From Candidatus Kerfeldbacteria bacterium (lineage in GTDB: Bacteria > Patescibacteriota > Patescibacteriia > UBA9570 > XYC2-FULL-38-9): a DNA stretch of 64,000 nt. The stretch lies in contig JACPGJ010000008.1 in assembly GCA_016182555.1 (NCBI GenBank), positions 92,272-156,271 on the forward strand. The letters run 5' to 3'. How positions within the stretch are numbered: position 1 is the first letter of the stretch; each line of letters begins with the position of its first letter. Below are positions 47,618 through 58,424 of this stretch, in pieces. The position numbers and the translations under genes are program-made. Under the pieces are notes generated by a model. That model had not been told where the DNA came from. It made no database searches and saw only the letters and a list, made by a program, of their open reading frames with translations.

Positions 47618-48562
47618 TTATCCAGCGATGGCGGCAGAACCCGCAGATATTTCTGAAATTTCTCGGGTAATGTCATCTTGCCGCGCACGGTTGAATGCCA
47701 AGAGGAGTTCACTTGCCATTTCTCCAGCACTGTCTGTGGCATTTTTCATCGCTAACATGCGACTGCTGTGTTCTGAAGCATTACTTTCCAACAATGCTTG
47801 ATACAATTGCAGCTCGGCCATACGAGGAATGAGATGCTGTAACACCGCTACCGGAGATGGTTCATAGACATACTGCACCGTGTTTGGTGAAGCCGAAACA
47901 TTCTCCTTGGTTTGCTTCATTTCTTCCACTGCTGCAGAAATTTTATGCGATTCTGTAAACGGAAATAACTGGTGAATCGATGGCTCTTGATTTACCGTAG
48001 AATGAAATTCGGTATAGGCAATAACCACTTTATCGGTTTCGCCGGCAACAAAATTTTCATATAGTTGACGAGCGATTTCGATAATCGATTCACTGGTGCG
48101 AGCTGAATCTTGTTTTTCATAGGCAAGCGTTGCATTGATGCCATGCACACTCATAATACCCACTCCTTTTTTGCCAATACCAACCAGACGAATATCTTCA
48201 TCTGCATGATTGTGAATATAGTGCATCGCTAAACGAGTCAATTGACTATTGAACCCACCACACAAACCGCGATTAGAAGTAAATAATACAAGCGTGGTGC
48301 GAATTTTTTTCCCGGCTTCAACAAATTGCTCGGCCGGTGTAAAAAAACGTGTCACTTCTTTGCTTGGCACTGCGCTGACATCTTGTTTCAATAAACGCTC
48401 CATAATAGACCACGCATGAGTGGCATAGGGGCGAGTATCAACGGCAGCGGCAATGCTACGGCGCATTTTGGCAGCAGAAACCAACTCCATCGTGTGCGTC
48501 ACCTTTTGGGTGTTCTTGATGGATTTGAGACGATGTTTAATTTCTTTGGTTTGTACCGCCAT
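47618..48562 (-). CDS. atpG: F0F1 ATP synthase gamma subunit
   Basis: The N- and C-terminal helices that are conserved in gamma (MAVQTKEIKHRLKSIKNTQKVTHTMELVSAAK...) and a Rossmann-like core. Confidence 0.9.
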   Translation of the reverse strand: MAVQTKEIKHRLKSIKNTQKVTHTMELVSAAKMRRSIAAAVDTRPYATHAWSIMERLLKQDVSAVPSKEVTRFFTPAEQFVEAGKKIRTTLVLFTSNRGLCGGFNSQLTRLAMHYIHNHADEDIRLVGIGKKGVGIMSVHGINATLAYEKQDSARTSESIIEIARQLYENFVAGETDKVVIAYTEFHSTVNQEPSIHQLFPFTESHKISAAVEEMKQTKENVSASPNTVQYVYEPSPVAVLQHLIPRMAELQLYQALLESNASEHSSRMLAMKNATDSAGEMASELLLAFNRARQDDITREISEISAGSAAIAG

Positions 48563-48567
48563 GGTGT

Positions 48568-50088
48568 TTACACAAACAACGCCTTATCTTGCATGTCACG
48601 GAATTCTTTCAATGCGTCTTTTACACTCGTTTCCCACGCTTCATCAAAATCTTTCTTTTCATTAATGGTATTCAACAATTCTGTTTTTTGTTGCCGAACA
48701 TAATCTACAAAACCAGTAACAAATTTTTGAATACTATCCACTTTAACATCATCGAGGTGCCCATTCACTGCCGCATAAATTTGCAACACTTGTTCCGCCA
48801 CTCCCAATGGCGCATATTGGTCTTGTTTCAATAATTCTTCCAACCTCTTTCCTCGTTCTAATTGATTCTTGGTTGCTTCATCTAAGTCTGAACCAAATTG
48901 CGCAAACGCTTCCATTTCGCGGTATTGGGCCATGCCTAAGCGCAGGTTACCAGCCACCCGTTTCATGGCTTTAATTTGTGCTGAACCACCGACGCGCGAT
49001 ACGGAAATACCCACGTTAATTGCTGGACGGAAACCTTTGTTAAATAAACTTTTTTCTAAGAAAATTTGACCGTCAGTAATAGAAATCACATTGGTTGGAA
49101 TATAGGCAGACACATCACCTGCTTGTGTTTCAATAACAGGAAGCGCGGTGAGCGAACCGCCACCATGTTCTTCATTTAATTTTGCGGCGCGTTCGAGCAA
49201 GCGTGAGTGGAGGTAAAACACATCACCGGGATACGCTTCGCGACCTGGTGGACGACGCAACAACAATGAAATTTGGCGATAGGATACGGCATGCTTGGAC
49301 AGATCGTCATAAATCACCAGCGCATCTTTTCCTTGATCCATAAAATATTCCCCTAAGGCACAACCGGCATACGGCGCCAAGTAACTAAACGCTGCTGGTT
49401 CAGAAGCACTGGCAGAGACCACAATGGTATATTCCATCGCACCCGCTTCTTCCAATTTGGCCACCAATTGAGCGACTTTATTTTCTTTTTGACCGATAGC
49501 CACATAAATACACACCATATTCTGCCCTTTCTGGTTGATGATGGTATCAAGCGCAATAGCGGTTTTACCGGTTTGTCGATCACCGATAATAAGCTCACGC
49601 TGACCACGACCAACCGGTGTCATGGCATCAATAGACTTGATACCTGTTTGCATGGGTTGGTGCACAGATTTACGAGTGATCACGCCAGGCGCAATACGTT
49701 CAATGGGATAATTTTTGGAAGATTCAATAGCACCTTTGCCATCTTTTGGTTGGCCAAGTGGGTTCACCACACGACCAACAAACGCATCACCAACCGGAAT
49801 TTCTAAAATTTTTCCTAACCCTTTCACTTTCATCTCTTCCCGGACACCTTTATAATCACCCAATACCATAATACCCACCATGCCTTCTTCCAAGTTCAAC
49901 ACCACACCACGAACCCCATTATCAAACTCCACCATTTCTTGCGATTTGACATTCGCCAAACCGACTGCTTTGACAATACCATCTCCCACTTCAATGACTG
50001 TGCCAATTTGTTCAGCGGAAACGGTACTTTTAAATGCAGCGATTTCTTGTTTAATGTGATCAACAATGGAATTTTTTTCTTCAGCCAT
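48568..50088 (-). CDS. atpA: F0F1 ATP synthase alpha subunit
   Basis: GDRQTGKT P-loop, and alpha-specific sequence throughout. Confidence 0.97.
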   Translation of the reverse strand: MAEEKNSIVDHIKQEIAAFKSTVSAEQIGTVIEVGDGIVKAVGLANVKSQEMVEFDNGVRGVVLNLEEGMVGIMVLGDYKGVREEMKVKGLGKILEIPVGDAFVGRVVNPLGQPKDGKGAIESSKNYPIERIAPGVITRKSVHQPMQTGIKSIDAMTPVGRGQRELIIGDRQTGKTAIALDTIINQKGQNMVCIYVAIGQKENKVAQLVAKLEEAGAMEYTIVVSASASEPAAFSYLAPYAGCALGEYFMDQGKDALVIYDDLSKHAVSYRQISLLLRRPPGREAYPGDVFYLHSRLLERAAKLNEEHGGGSLTALPVIETQAGDVSAYIPTNVISITDGQIFLEKSLFNKGFRPAINVGISVSRVGGSAQIKAMKRVAGNLRLGMAQYREMEAFAQFGSDLDEATKNQLERGKRLEELLKQDQYAPLGVAEQVLQIYAAVNGHLDDVKVDSIQKFVTGFVDYVRQQKTELLNTINEKKDFDEAWETSVKDALKEFRDMQDKALFV

Positions 50089-50098
50089 ATCTATACTA

Positions 50099-50488
50099 TT
50101 AGGTTAATGTTTGTTGAATTGCATGAAGCTGGCCATGCACCGAAAGATCCCAGCGCGTATTTGGTGTTTCGACGCGGATACCGCCAATCAGCTGTTCGTC
50201 TATACGCTGGTTGAGATCAATGGCCGTATGCGGTAACAGCTTCGCCAGTGCCTGTTCAATGACCGATGCGTCAATCGTATGTGCTGATGTGACGGTCACT
50301 GGAACAGTACCGGCCGCTTGATGCTGAAGCTCATCAACATAGCGCAAAATTTCTGGAAGCAACTTCGTTTCTCCTCGTTTATAGATACGCAGAAGAAACC
50401 CTTGTGAAAGAGTACCCCACTGATCATGCGGTGCATCTTGCAAAAGTTCGAACAGCGCACAAGCATACTGTTTTGCCGTAATACGCAT
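50099..50488 (-). CDS. atpH: F0F1 ATP synthase delta (OSCP) subunit, short form
   Basis: The C-terminal part ([11 protein letters not shown]) matches OSCP/delta. At 129 aa it is shorter than the usual delta of about 175-180 aa. Confidence 0.65.
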   Translation of the reverse strand: MRITAKQYACALFELLQDAPHDQWGTLSQGFLLRIYKRGETKLLPEILRYVDELQHQAAGTVPVTVTSAHTIDASVIEQALAKLLPHTAIDLNQRIDEQLIGGIRVETPNTRWDLSVHGQLHAIQQTLT

Positions 50489-50490
50489 AA

Positions 50491-50985
50491 TTAGTGCAAA
50501 TCGTTCAAATTCTCATTCAGCATGGTTGTTTCTTTTTCCGGGGTTATCCGTTCGCGCAACACCTTCTCCGCAACCATAATCACTGCAGAAGCAATTTCTT
50601 TCTTTGCCGACTGCATCATTTGTTTACGCTCTTGGTCAATATCGAGCTTTGCTTTTTCGAATAAATCAGCTGTTTCTTTTTTTGTTCGTTCGATCATGCT
50701 GTTGGCCTGTGCTTCAGCCGCAGATTTCGCTTTTTCGATGATTTCACTGGCTTCTTTACGCGCATCGATAAGCGTGTGCTCATGTTTTTGCTGCGCCACC
50801 TTTAATACGTGCTGCGCTTCTTGCGCATTGCGTACGCCTTCTTCAATTTTTTTGGTTCGATCGTTGATAAAATTCAACAATGGCGTGTACAAAATCTTCT
50901 TCAAAATAAAGAAGAGAATAACAAAATTGATCAGATTGGCGAGCAGCAATTTATAATCTAAGCCAAAGGCCTTAATAAGTTCCAT
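50491..50985 (-). CDS. atpF: F0F1 ATP synthase subunit b
   Basis: N-terminal TM helix followed by a long charged helix. Confidence 0.8.
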   Translation of the reverse strand: MELIKAFGLDYKLLLANLINFVILFFILKKILYTPLLNFINDRTKKIEEGVRNAQEAQHVLKVAQQKHEHTLIDARKEASEIIEKAKSAAEAQANSMIERTKKETADLFEKAKLDIDQERKQMMQSAKKEIASAVIMVAEKVLRERITPEKETTMLNENLNDLH

Positions 50986-51012
50986 CTGTTTCTTCGAGAA
51001 TTAAACGAAAAA

Positions 51013-51240
51013 TTAAAGGAACAAGACCATCAAAGCAACAACGAACGCATAAATCGCGATTGATTCCACAATAGACATGGCCACAATCATGCGGACAAAT
51101 AAATCTTGACCAGCTGATGGGTTTCTTCCCATGGCATCCATCGCACGAGAAGCGATTAATCCTTGACCAATACCAGGCCCGATACCACCGACAGCAATCG
51201 CAATAGCCGCAGCGAGGTATTTCATTGTTTCTGCATCCAT
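51013..51240 (-). CDS. atpE: F0F1 ATP synthase subunit c
   Basis: Two-helix hairpin with a GxGxGxG-like motif (GGIGPGIGQG) and the essential carboxylate (IVESIAIY). Confidence 0.9.
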   Translation of the reverse strand: MDAETMKYLAAAIAIAVGGIGPGIGQGLIASRAMDAMGRNPSAGQDLFVRMIVAMSIVESIAIYAFVVALMVLFL

Positions 51241-51275
51241 AATGAATCGTTACGAATTAGTAAATTAACACCTCT

Positions 51276-51304
51276 ATTGTAGAGAATATGGGAAAAGATG
51301 TCAA
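51276..51304 (-). promoter_or_regulatory. Candidate sigma70-type promoter for the atp operon (TTGACA-17-TACAAT on the minus strand)
   Basis: Minus-strand TTGACA (plus coordinates 51299-304), a 17-nt spacer, then TACAAT (51276-281), about 35 nt upstream of the atpE ATG. Confidence 0.45.
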
Positions 51305-51344
51305 TAGATTTTTGAGCCAATATCGGGGAAAAGTGATTGGTGGA

Positions 51345-52046
51345 TTATTCAATATTCACCCCTCGACGCAAAACAATTTCTTGCTGCTGGCGAACCTTCA
51401 CAATCGAATCACTGGGAAGAATGCCACGGAAGGACGCAAGAGGATAAATGCTACAGCGTTTTCCAATAATCGTACCGGGGTTGAGCACAGCATTTGATCC
51501 GATTTCAGAATTATCACCAATAATAGAACCAAATTTATGCAGTTTGGTATGGTAGGTTTGTTCAAGTGTGGTCACCGTCACTTCTGAACCACCACTTTTG
51601 AGATTTGCTAGTACCGCGCCGGCGCCTAGGTGGACATTGTGTCCCAAAATAGAATCACCGATATAATTAAAATGCGGAACCGTGGTGTCATTGAACATTA
51701 GGCAATTTTTGAGCTCAGTACTGTTGCCGATAGTACAATGATCTCCAATAATCACATGGCCGCGAATATAGGTGCCGGTACGAAGGTGACAATACTTCCC
51801 AATGATCGCGGGTCCGTGAATGACCACTCCCGGTTCAATGATGGTACCACGGCCGATAGAAATTTGTTGGCCGATATATGCCGCATGAGTGATATCTGTT
51901 TCAATATGCACTTTGGATTCATGGGCCATATATTCTAGGTATTGCGCAATAAGCGGCAGCACCTCCCACGGATATTGCACACCTTCAAAAATATCGGCGT
52001 GTTGGGTGTGGCTCAGGTCAAATAATTCTTCAATAGTCGGGATCAT
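51345..52046 (-). CDS. Left-handed beta-helix (hexapeptide-repeat) acyl/acetyltransferase, GlmU C-terminal-domain-like
   Basis: Repeated [LIV]GxxxxIxxxxxI hexapeptide units (GRGTIIEPGVVIHGPAIIGKYCHL...). Confidence 0.65.
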   Translation of the reverse strand: MIPTIEELFDLSHTQHADIFEGVQYPWEVLPLIAQYLEYMAHESKVHIETDITHAAYIGQQISIGRGTIIEPGVVIHGPAIIGKYCHLRTGTYIRGHVIIGDHCTIGNSTELKNCLMFNDTTVPHFNYIGDSILGHNVHLGAGAVLANLKSGGSEVTVTTLEQTYHTKLHKFGSIIGDNSEIGSNAVLNPGTIIGKRCSIYPLASFRGILPSDSIVKVRQQQEIVLRRGVNIE

Positions 52047-52047
52047 A

Positions 52048-53013
52048 CTAGTCTAATAACGCTTTTTCTTCAATGTGGTCAATACGTTCAATTTTCCCTT
52101 CTAGTTTAGCATATTCAGAATTGACGCGCTCAACCGCAGATTTCGCATGAGTGATATGGGTCGTGAGCGTATTGAGTGACTCGCCAAAACGCTGTGCGTC
52201 TTTCTGAATACCACCAATGGTCGCAATAATTTCCTTCGTTGCTTCAGCCACACGTTTTCCTTGCATGCCCATCATAATCACGCGGAGAAAATAATAAAAG
52301 GAATTTGGAGACACGAACAATACCTTTCGCTCGATTCCATGCATATTGAGATCAATATCGTGACGAATAATTTCATAATATACTGATTCCGATGGAATAT
52401 ACATAATCGCAAAATCGACTGTACCTTCATCTGGCAAAATATATTTTTTTGCAATATCGTTTACGTGCTTCTTCACATCTTTCACAAATTCGCGTAAATA
52501 GAGTGCTTTTCCATCTTCGGTTTCTTCGATACACATTTTTTGATAATTCTCCATTGGAAATTTGGAATCGATTGGAATAAATCCATCATCAGTTTTGAGA
52601 ACCGCATCAACAATTTGACCATTGGTAAAACGATACTGCATATCATATAGCCCATGCGGAAAATATTGGTTTAACATTTGTTGCAGTACTTGTTCGCCAA
52701 TATTGCCGCGAAGTTTTGGACTTTTGAGAAAATCTTGCAACGCCTGCATATTACGCCCAATTTCCTGCATGGTGCCCAATTCTTTATTCACATTGCCAAT
52801 GATTCGGGCGGCATTATCTAACCGTTCATTCAAACTTTGAGAAACCCGGTCCAGCCGCTCTTGCATGCCAGTCATATTTTGATTTAACATGTGCAGCGAT
52901 TGATCTTGCTCTCCTGTTTTTGATTGTTTTTGCTGACGAAGCATTAAGTAAACCAACAACCCATTGCTGGCACAAAGAAGAATAATAAAAATAAATAATA
53001 TCATCGTGTTCAT
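52048..53013 (-). CDS. rmuC: DNA recombination protein RmuC
   Basis: N-terminal TM helix, a coiled coil, and a conserved RmuC C-terminal nuclease-like region (DFAIMYIPSESVYYE). Confidence 0.78.
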   Translation of the reverse strand: MNTMILFIFIILLCASNGLLVYLMLRQQKQSKTGEQDQSLHMLNQNMTGMQERLDRVSQSLNERLDNAARIIGNVNKELGTMQEIGRNMQALQDFLKSPKLRGNIGEQVLQQMLNQYFPHGLYDMQYRFTNGQIVDAVLKTDDGFIPIDSKFPMENYQKMCIEETEDGKALYLREFVKDVKKHVNDIAKKYILPDEGTVDFAIMYIPSESVYYEIIRHDIDLNMHGIERKVLFVSPNSFYYFLRVIMMGMQGKRVAEATKEIIATIGGIQKDAQRFGESLNTLTTHITHAKSAVERVNSEYAKLEGKIERIDHIEEKALLD

Positions 53014-53879
53014 AGTCGAAAAAGTTTAATGGCATTTTGACGAGTCGTTTCCGCGACTTCTTCTATCGTTAGCTCTTTTAACTCTGCAATTTTTTCAGCG
53101 ACATACCGAACATACATCGGCTCATTTCGTTTTCCTCGCACTGGTTGCGGCGCGAGATAGGGGCAGTCAGTTTCCAGCAATATCCGATCCAGCGGCACTT
53201 GGCGAGCAATCTCTTGTAACTCCTGCGCATTGGGAAAGGTGACAATACCCGTAAATCCAATCGATAACCCCAGGTCAAGAATTTTTTCTGCTTGCTTCAT
53301 GGTGCCAGTAAAGCAATGCACCACTCCGCGCACCTGCTCCGTCACACCCGTTTCATTGTGGCCAAAATCCCGCACCAGTTCCACAAAATCATCATACGCA
53401 TCACGGCAGTGAAAAATATTTGGGCGTTGAATTTCGCGCGCAAACCCTAAGATTTCATACAGCGTTTCTTTTTGCAGTTCCACAAATTCAGCAGCCGTCA
53501 TATTCGTGGCACGAAAATCTTCCAAATGAAAATAATCCAATCCTGATTCACCCACCGCAATGACCTTCGAACTTTTTGCTAACTGAAAATAGGCTCGCTT
53601 ATCAAATTTTTCTGATGCTGTGGTGAACGCATACCGCTGTCCGTTAAAATTCGCTTCTTCCGTAATATCTTTTGCCAGGTGAATAGGATGCACGCCGATC
53701 GCTGCCCACATGCCGTTCCCCACTTCTTCAGCGAGCTTCACACTCCGCGCACTGGTTTTATAATTCGTTCCCACATTAATCATCTGCACGCCGGCATTTA
53801 GTGCACGCTGAATAACTTCAGGCGAGTCATTCTTAAATGCTTCAAAATTGACATGAGCATGTGTATCAATGAATTTCAT
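53010..53879 (-). CDS. TatD-family metal-dependent hydrolase/DNase
   Basis: IDTHAHV, ESGLD, HCR and ETDCPYL motifs. I placed the start at ATG 53879 (MKFIDTHAHV) rather than the track start 53942. Confidence 0.85.
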   Translation of the reverse strand: MKFIDTHAHVNFEAFKNDSPEVIQRALNAGVQMINVGTNYKTSARSVKLAEEVGNGMWAAIGVHPIHLAKDITEEANFNGQRYAFTTASEKFDKRAYFQLAKSSKVIAVGESGLDYFHLEDFRATNMTAAEFVELQKETLYEILGFAREIQRPNIFHCRDAYDDFVELVRDFGHNETGVTEQVRGVVHCFTGTMKQAEKILDLGLSIGFTGIVTFPNAQELQEIARQVPLDRILLETDCPYLAPQPVRGKRNEPMYVRYVAEKIAELKELTIEEVAETTRQNAIKLFRL

Positions 53880-53883
53880 AGCA

Positions 53884-54441
53884 TTAACGCATAAGAATAT
53901 CAGCTGAAGGAATGCGCGGTATTTTTTTTCGCTGCGTGGCAAAAAAATCTTCTAATTTTTCAGACAACAATGGTTGATAAAAAATAGATAATTTCAATAG
54001 GCGTTGGGATACCGTGGATTTAGCAATCGCCGTGCCTATACCGGAAGTTCCAGGCATATCTTGATTTTCGACTACTGACTGAGCAATAAAGAGCACACTG
54101 CTGGCAATAAAACAACTCAACATGACTCCCAGAACGCCACCCAACAAACGGTTAAATGTTTTAAGAAATGGAATAATGGCAATAATATTAAACAGCTTAT
54201 TGATAAACCACGCTATCAAACCACAACACTTGCTGACGAGAGAAAGAATAAGAAAAAAAACAGCGGCAGTTTTGAGTGGACTGGTATGAACGCCAACCAA
54301 TAATGGAGTATATTGACTGGCGAATATGATACCGATACCAAAACCAATCACCGTTCCGGCTTTATAAATGAAACCCATGCGAAAACCGGAGAAGAAGGAC
54401 AGGGTCAGCCAGAGGATAAGCGCGATATCCAGCGTGGTCAT
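53884..54441 (-). CDS. CvpA-family membrane protein
   Basis: Four TM helices with a CvpA-like N-terminus (DIALILWLTLSFFSGFRMGF). Confidence 0.55.
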   Translation of the reverse strand: MTTLDIALILWLTLSFFSGFRMGFIYKAGTVIGFGIGIIFASQYTPLLVGVHTSPLKTAAVFFLILSLVSKCCGLIAWFINKLFNIIAIIPFLKTFNRLLGGVLGVMLSCFIASSVLFIAQSVVENQDMPGTSGIGTAIAKSTVSQRLLKLSIFYQPLLSEKLEDFFATQRKKIPRIPSADILMR

Positions 54442-55910
54442 ACCTTTGAATCTTCTTCCAATGCCAATCGTGGGAACAGCGGTTCTGCTTTGTCGATGTG
54501 TTCAGCTTCAATGGCATTTGTTATTACGGCAGCAGTTTCGGGCATAAATGGAACCAACCACTCCGCAATGAGTTCTAAACAAAATAATAAATGTTGCAAA
54601 ACGATTTGTAGTTGTTGGTGATCGCTTTTCGCTAACACCCACGGTTTCTGTTGTTCAATATATTCATTCGCAGAATCGACCACGCTCCACACCGCATCCA
54701 ACGCCGCATGGAATGCCAATTGCGCAAATGCTTCATGGTAGGCCGTTTTTTGTGATTCGCCAAATTTTTCAATTGCAGGAATCGCTTCCAGTTTTCCATC
54801 AAAATATTTCTCTACCATATTGGTGACGCGAGATAACAAATTTCCCAAGCCATTCGCCAGTTCTGAACTATAGCGCTGCTGCAAACGATGATGCGAAAAA
54901 TCACCATCACTATCAAATGCAATTTCACGCATCAGAAAATAACGTACAGGTTCTACCCCATACTGATTTGTCAATTCAATAGGATCAATAATATTGCCGA
55001 GCGACTTGCTCATTTTCTGACCATTGACCGTTATAAAACCATGCACACCAACGGCACAGGGCAATGAAACACCTGCTGCCATGAGCATTGCTGGCCACAA
55101 CACGGAATGAAACCGATTAATATCTTTTCCGACAATTTGTATATCTGCCGGCCACCACTTGGCAAAGGTTTCCTTATTGCGACCATAGTCAATGACACTT
55201 AAATAATTCATGAGCGCTTCAAACCATACATACATCACTTGCGTATCATCACCAGGCACCGGAATGCCCCAAGATAATTGTTCTTTTTCACGAGAAATGG
55301 ATACATCTTCTAACCCATTTTTTACCAATTCTTTCATTTCACGAAATTTGGCTTTCGGCACCACAAAATCTGGATGCGCTTCATACCATTCCAAAAGACG
55401 GTTTTGGTAACGAGAAAAGCAGAAAAAATAATTTTCTTCCTGTGTGTGTTGTACTGGCTTCAAATGGATGGGACAATTTCCATCCACTAATTCTTTCTCT
55501 GTTTTGAATGCTTCACACCCAATACAATACCACCCTTCGTATGTTCCTTTTTCTACATCACCAGATTCAACAATTTTTCGCCACAACGCCTGCGCTGTTT
55601 CTTGGTGGCGCGGTTGGGTTGTACGAATAAAATCATCAATGGAAATATTCCACGCAGTAATCAATTCTTGAAATGAAGCTGACATGTTGTCCACATACGC
55701 CTGAGCAGTCATACCCTTTTCCACAGCGGTGCGTTCAACTTTTTGCCCATGTTCATCGGTACCACTCACAAACTGTACCGCATATCCTTCTTGGCGATAA
55801 TACCGAGCAAGCACATCGCCATACAACATTTCAATCGCCGTACCAATATGTGGTTTAGCATTCACATACGGAATAGCCAGTGTGATATATTTTTTTCTAT
55901 TCTTGGTCAT
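54438..55910 (-). CDS. metG: Methionyl-tRNA synthetase
   Basis: HIGTAIE (HIGH-class motif), KMSKS and the zinc knuckle CPIH...C. Confidence 0.95.
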   Translation of the reverse strand: MTKNRKKYITLAIPYVNAKPHIGTAIEMLYGDVLARYYRQEGYAVQFVSGTDEHGQKVERTAVEKGMTAQAYVDNMSASFQELITAWNISIDDFIRTTQPRHQETAQALWRKIVESGDVEKGTYEGWYCIGCEAFKTEKELVDGNCPIHLKPVQHTQEENYFFCFSRYQNRLLEWYEAHPDFVVPKAKFREMKELVKNGLEDVSISREKEQLSWGIPVPGDDTQVMYVWFEALMNYLSVIDYGRNKETFAKWWPADIQIVGKDINRFHSVLWPAMLMAAGVSLPCAVGVHGFITVNGQKMSKSLGNIIDPIELTNQYGVEPVRYFLMREIAFDSDGDFSHHRLQQRYSSELANGLGNLLSRVTNMVEKYFDGKLEAIPAIEKFGESQKTAYHEAFAQLAFHAALDAVWSVVDSANEYIEQQKPWVLAKSDHQQLQIVLQHLLFCLELIAEWLVPFMPETAAVITNAIEAEHIDKAEPLFPRLALEEDSKV

Positions 55911-57040
55911 AGAGTGTCGGTTTTGGTTACCGGATCAATAGGTTGTTCAAGCGTATTATCCATTTCCTTTTTCTGTTCAAAGATATCTTCTAAAAATATC
56001 CATGCAATAGTGGTGGCTGGTACAGCGAGTAAAATACCCGCAATACCCGCAAGTTTTGCACCAATAAGCATGACAGATATCACGACGATAGGGTTTAAGC
56101 CTACCGCTTTTTTCATTACCTGCGGAGCGATGATGTGATTTTCTATCTGCTGAAGCACGATGTATATAATCATGACCGCGATCGCTTTCCACGGTGAATC
56201 GGTATAGGCAAAAAATACTGCCGGCACCGCAGAGATGAGTGGACCAAGAAATGGAATAAATTCTGCCAAGCCGGCAATACAAGCAAGCACCAATGCATAC
56301 GGGACTTGTACAGCGAAAAGACCGATGAAGGCAAACACGCCGATGATGAGCATGAGAATGAGTTGGCCACGTAACCACGCACCCATTTTGGTTTGAATAC
56401 GGTTGGTTTTCTGCACCAAGTACGGTTGAAATTGGATAGGCGCAATAGAGCGAACAAATTTTTTCAGCCCATCTTCTTCAATGGTCATGTAAAAGGTAAT
56501 CACGAGTACAAAAATAATCGTTGCCACTTTTCCAAAAATACTACTAATGGTATTAAACAAACTCGACGTCACATTAGAGAGGGTGCTATTCACATTGGAG
56601 AGGTTACGTTGCCATTCTTGAATTAAGGAAGCGTCATTTGATTGAGTAACATATTGATAAAAATGTTCTATCTGTGGCATGTACGCATGTAATGAAGAAG
56701 CGATATCGGACATTTGTTCAACGATGGGTGGAAGAATGAGATAAAAGACAAATGCAAACATGAAGAAAAAGAGAAAAAACATACTAAGAATACTCACGCC
56801 ACGGGGAATGCGATACCTCTCCAAACGGTCCACCCACGGGTCCAACGCAGAGGCTAAAACAATGGCGATAAATAAAATACCCAACACATCGCGGATGCTC
56901 CAGAGAAAGAACACTCCCGCCATGACACCAAAAACTTTGAGCACCGTCATACTCGATACATTGATATAATGCACCACTTCACCTTCATGTGAACTCTTTG
57001 GTGTAAAGGGAGAAATTTTTTTGGGTATTTTGATTTGCAT
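55907..57040 (-). CDS. AI-2E family transporter (PerM/YhhT, UPF0118)
   Basis: Eight TM segments with the typical AI-2E layout and size. Confidence 0.75.
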   Translation of the reverse strand: MQIKIPKKISPFTPKSSHEGEVVHYINVSSMTVLKVFGVMAGVFFLWSIRDVLGILFIAIVLASALDPWVDRLERYRIPRGVSILSMFFLFFFMFAFVFYLILPPIVEQMSDIASSLHAYMPQIEHFYQYVTQSNDASLIQEWQRNLSNVNSTLSNVTSSLFNTISSIFGKVATIIFVLVITFYMTIEEDGLKKFVRSIAPIQFQPYLVQKTNRIQTKMGAWLRGQLILMLIIGVFAFIGLFAVQVPYALVLACIAGLAEFIPFLGPLISAVPAVFFAYTDSPWKAIAVMIIYIVLQQIENHIIAPQVMKKAVGLNPIVVISVMLIGAKLAGIAGILLAVPATTIAWIFLEDIFEQKKEMDNTLEQPIDPVTKTDTL

Positions 57041-57043
57041 AGT

Positions 57044-58318
57044 TTAGAACCGGAGGTGTTTGAGAAAGGATTTTTCTTGTGTCTTTGTGTAGGGACCAAC
57101 GATAACGAGGTTCGCATGCATCGCTACGAGTGTTTTTTGCGCCAGCGCAAGCACCTGTTGTTTTGTCACTTGTTGCAGAGCTTTTTCTTCTGCGGAAACA
57201 TCGTGGAGCTGTTTTTCAAATAATGCGGTTTTTGCCCAGCGCCAAGCCACGTTTTCCGAATCTTCTAAACGTAAATACATTTTGCCACGAATATACTCTT
57301 TTGCCTGGTGTAATTCTTCGTCAGACACTTCAGCCACACGCATGGTCACGAGTTCAGCAATAATTGCTTCAATCGCTTGGTGAATACGCGCGGTGTCAAA
57401 ACCAGCTTGAATGCTTAAGGTTCCCATATCTTCATACGGTGAAATGCCGGCGCGGATGTAATAACACACCCCTTGGCGTTCACGAACATTGATAAAGAGG
57501 CGTGAACTCATGTTGCCACCAAGAATAGTGGCCATAACCTGTGCCACATAATAGTCTTTCGCCGTATAGGTGACCGACGGAAAATTGAGGGCGAGGTGTG
57601 ATTGAGCCGTTTTTTTATTATAAACATGCAAACGCGATTGTTGCTGTTTCTCGGTGAATTTTTTTTGTCGTGGCGTAGCAGCACGTGATTTTGGTGCTTG
57701 CCCAAAATGTTTTTTAATAGTCTGTGCGGTATTCTTGGGTAAATTTCCGGTCATCACGATGACCATATTTTTTGGATGATAATAGGTATCCCGATATTTC
57801 ATAATTTGTTTTCGGGTGACCTTCAAAATATTTTCTTTCGGGCCAGCGATGCGGAAACCCAATGGATGATCTGCACCGTACATCAATTGTTCTGCCAACT
57901 CTTCTGCCGTTGCCATGGGGTTATCTTCATACATGTTGATTTCTTCGATAATGACTCCCCGCTCTCGGTCAATTTCTTTTGGATCAAAAATCGGGTGAAA
58001 AAGGAGGTCTTCAAGAATATCAATCGCTAACTTTGCGTGGCGGTTCGCCACCTTCACATAATAACCAGTGTAATCTTTGCTGGTAAACGCATTAAAATCT
58101 GCACCCACGCCATCGAGTTCTTTGGTAATTTCGAGCGTTGTAGGGCGATTAGTCGTGCCTTTAAAAAACAAATGTTCCAGAAAATGAGAAATACCGTTGA
58201 TCGATTTTGTTTCATTACGTGAACCCACCTTAAACAAAATTAATATCGTGATAACTTTTGTCGAAGGCATGTGCTCTAAAATAACTGGTATTCCGTTTGA
58301 AAGTGTAATTTTTTTCAT
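57044..58318 (-). CDS. M16-family (pitrilysin/insulinase-like) zinc peptidase
   Basis: Inverted zinc motif HFLEH followed by the downstream Glu. I placed the start at ATG 58318 (MKKITLSNG); the track ORF extends to 58399 through a repeated 30-nt sequence (see findings). Confidence 0.8.
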   Translation of the reverse strand: MKKITLSNGIPVILEHMPSTKVITILILFKVGSRNETKSINGISHFLEHLFFKGTTNRPTTLEITKELDGVGADFNAFTSKDYTGYYVKVANRHAKLAIDILEDLLFHPIFDPKEIDRERGVIIEEINMYEDNPMATAEELAEQLMYGADHPLGFRIAGPKENILKVTRKQIMKYRDTYYHPKNMVIVMTGNLPKNTAQTIKKHFGQAPKSRAATPRQKKFTEKQQQSRLHVYNKKTAQSHLALNFPSVTYTAKDYYVAQVMATILGGNMSSRLFINVRERQGVCYYIRAGISPYEDMGTLSIQAGFDTARIHQAIEAIIAELVTMRVAEVSDEELHQAKEYIRGKMYLRLEDSENVAWRWAKTALFEKQLHDVSAEEKALQQVTKQQVLALAQKTLVAMHANLVIVGPYTKTQEKSFLKHLRF

Positions 58319-58424
58319 ATATTGTGTGTTTGTGTGCCTTTCGAGCCAATTCTTCGAGAGCTTCGTTTTGCTTCGCAAATACATGCTCTCGGAAGACATT
58401 GCCGCTAGCGGCAGAGAGGTATGA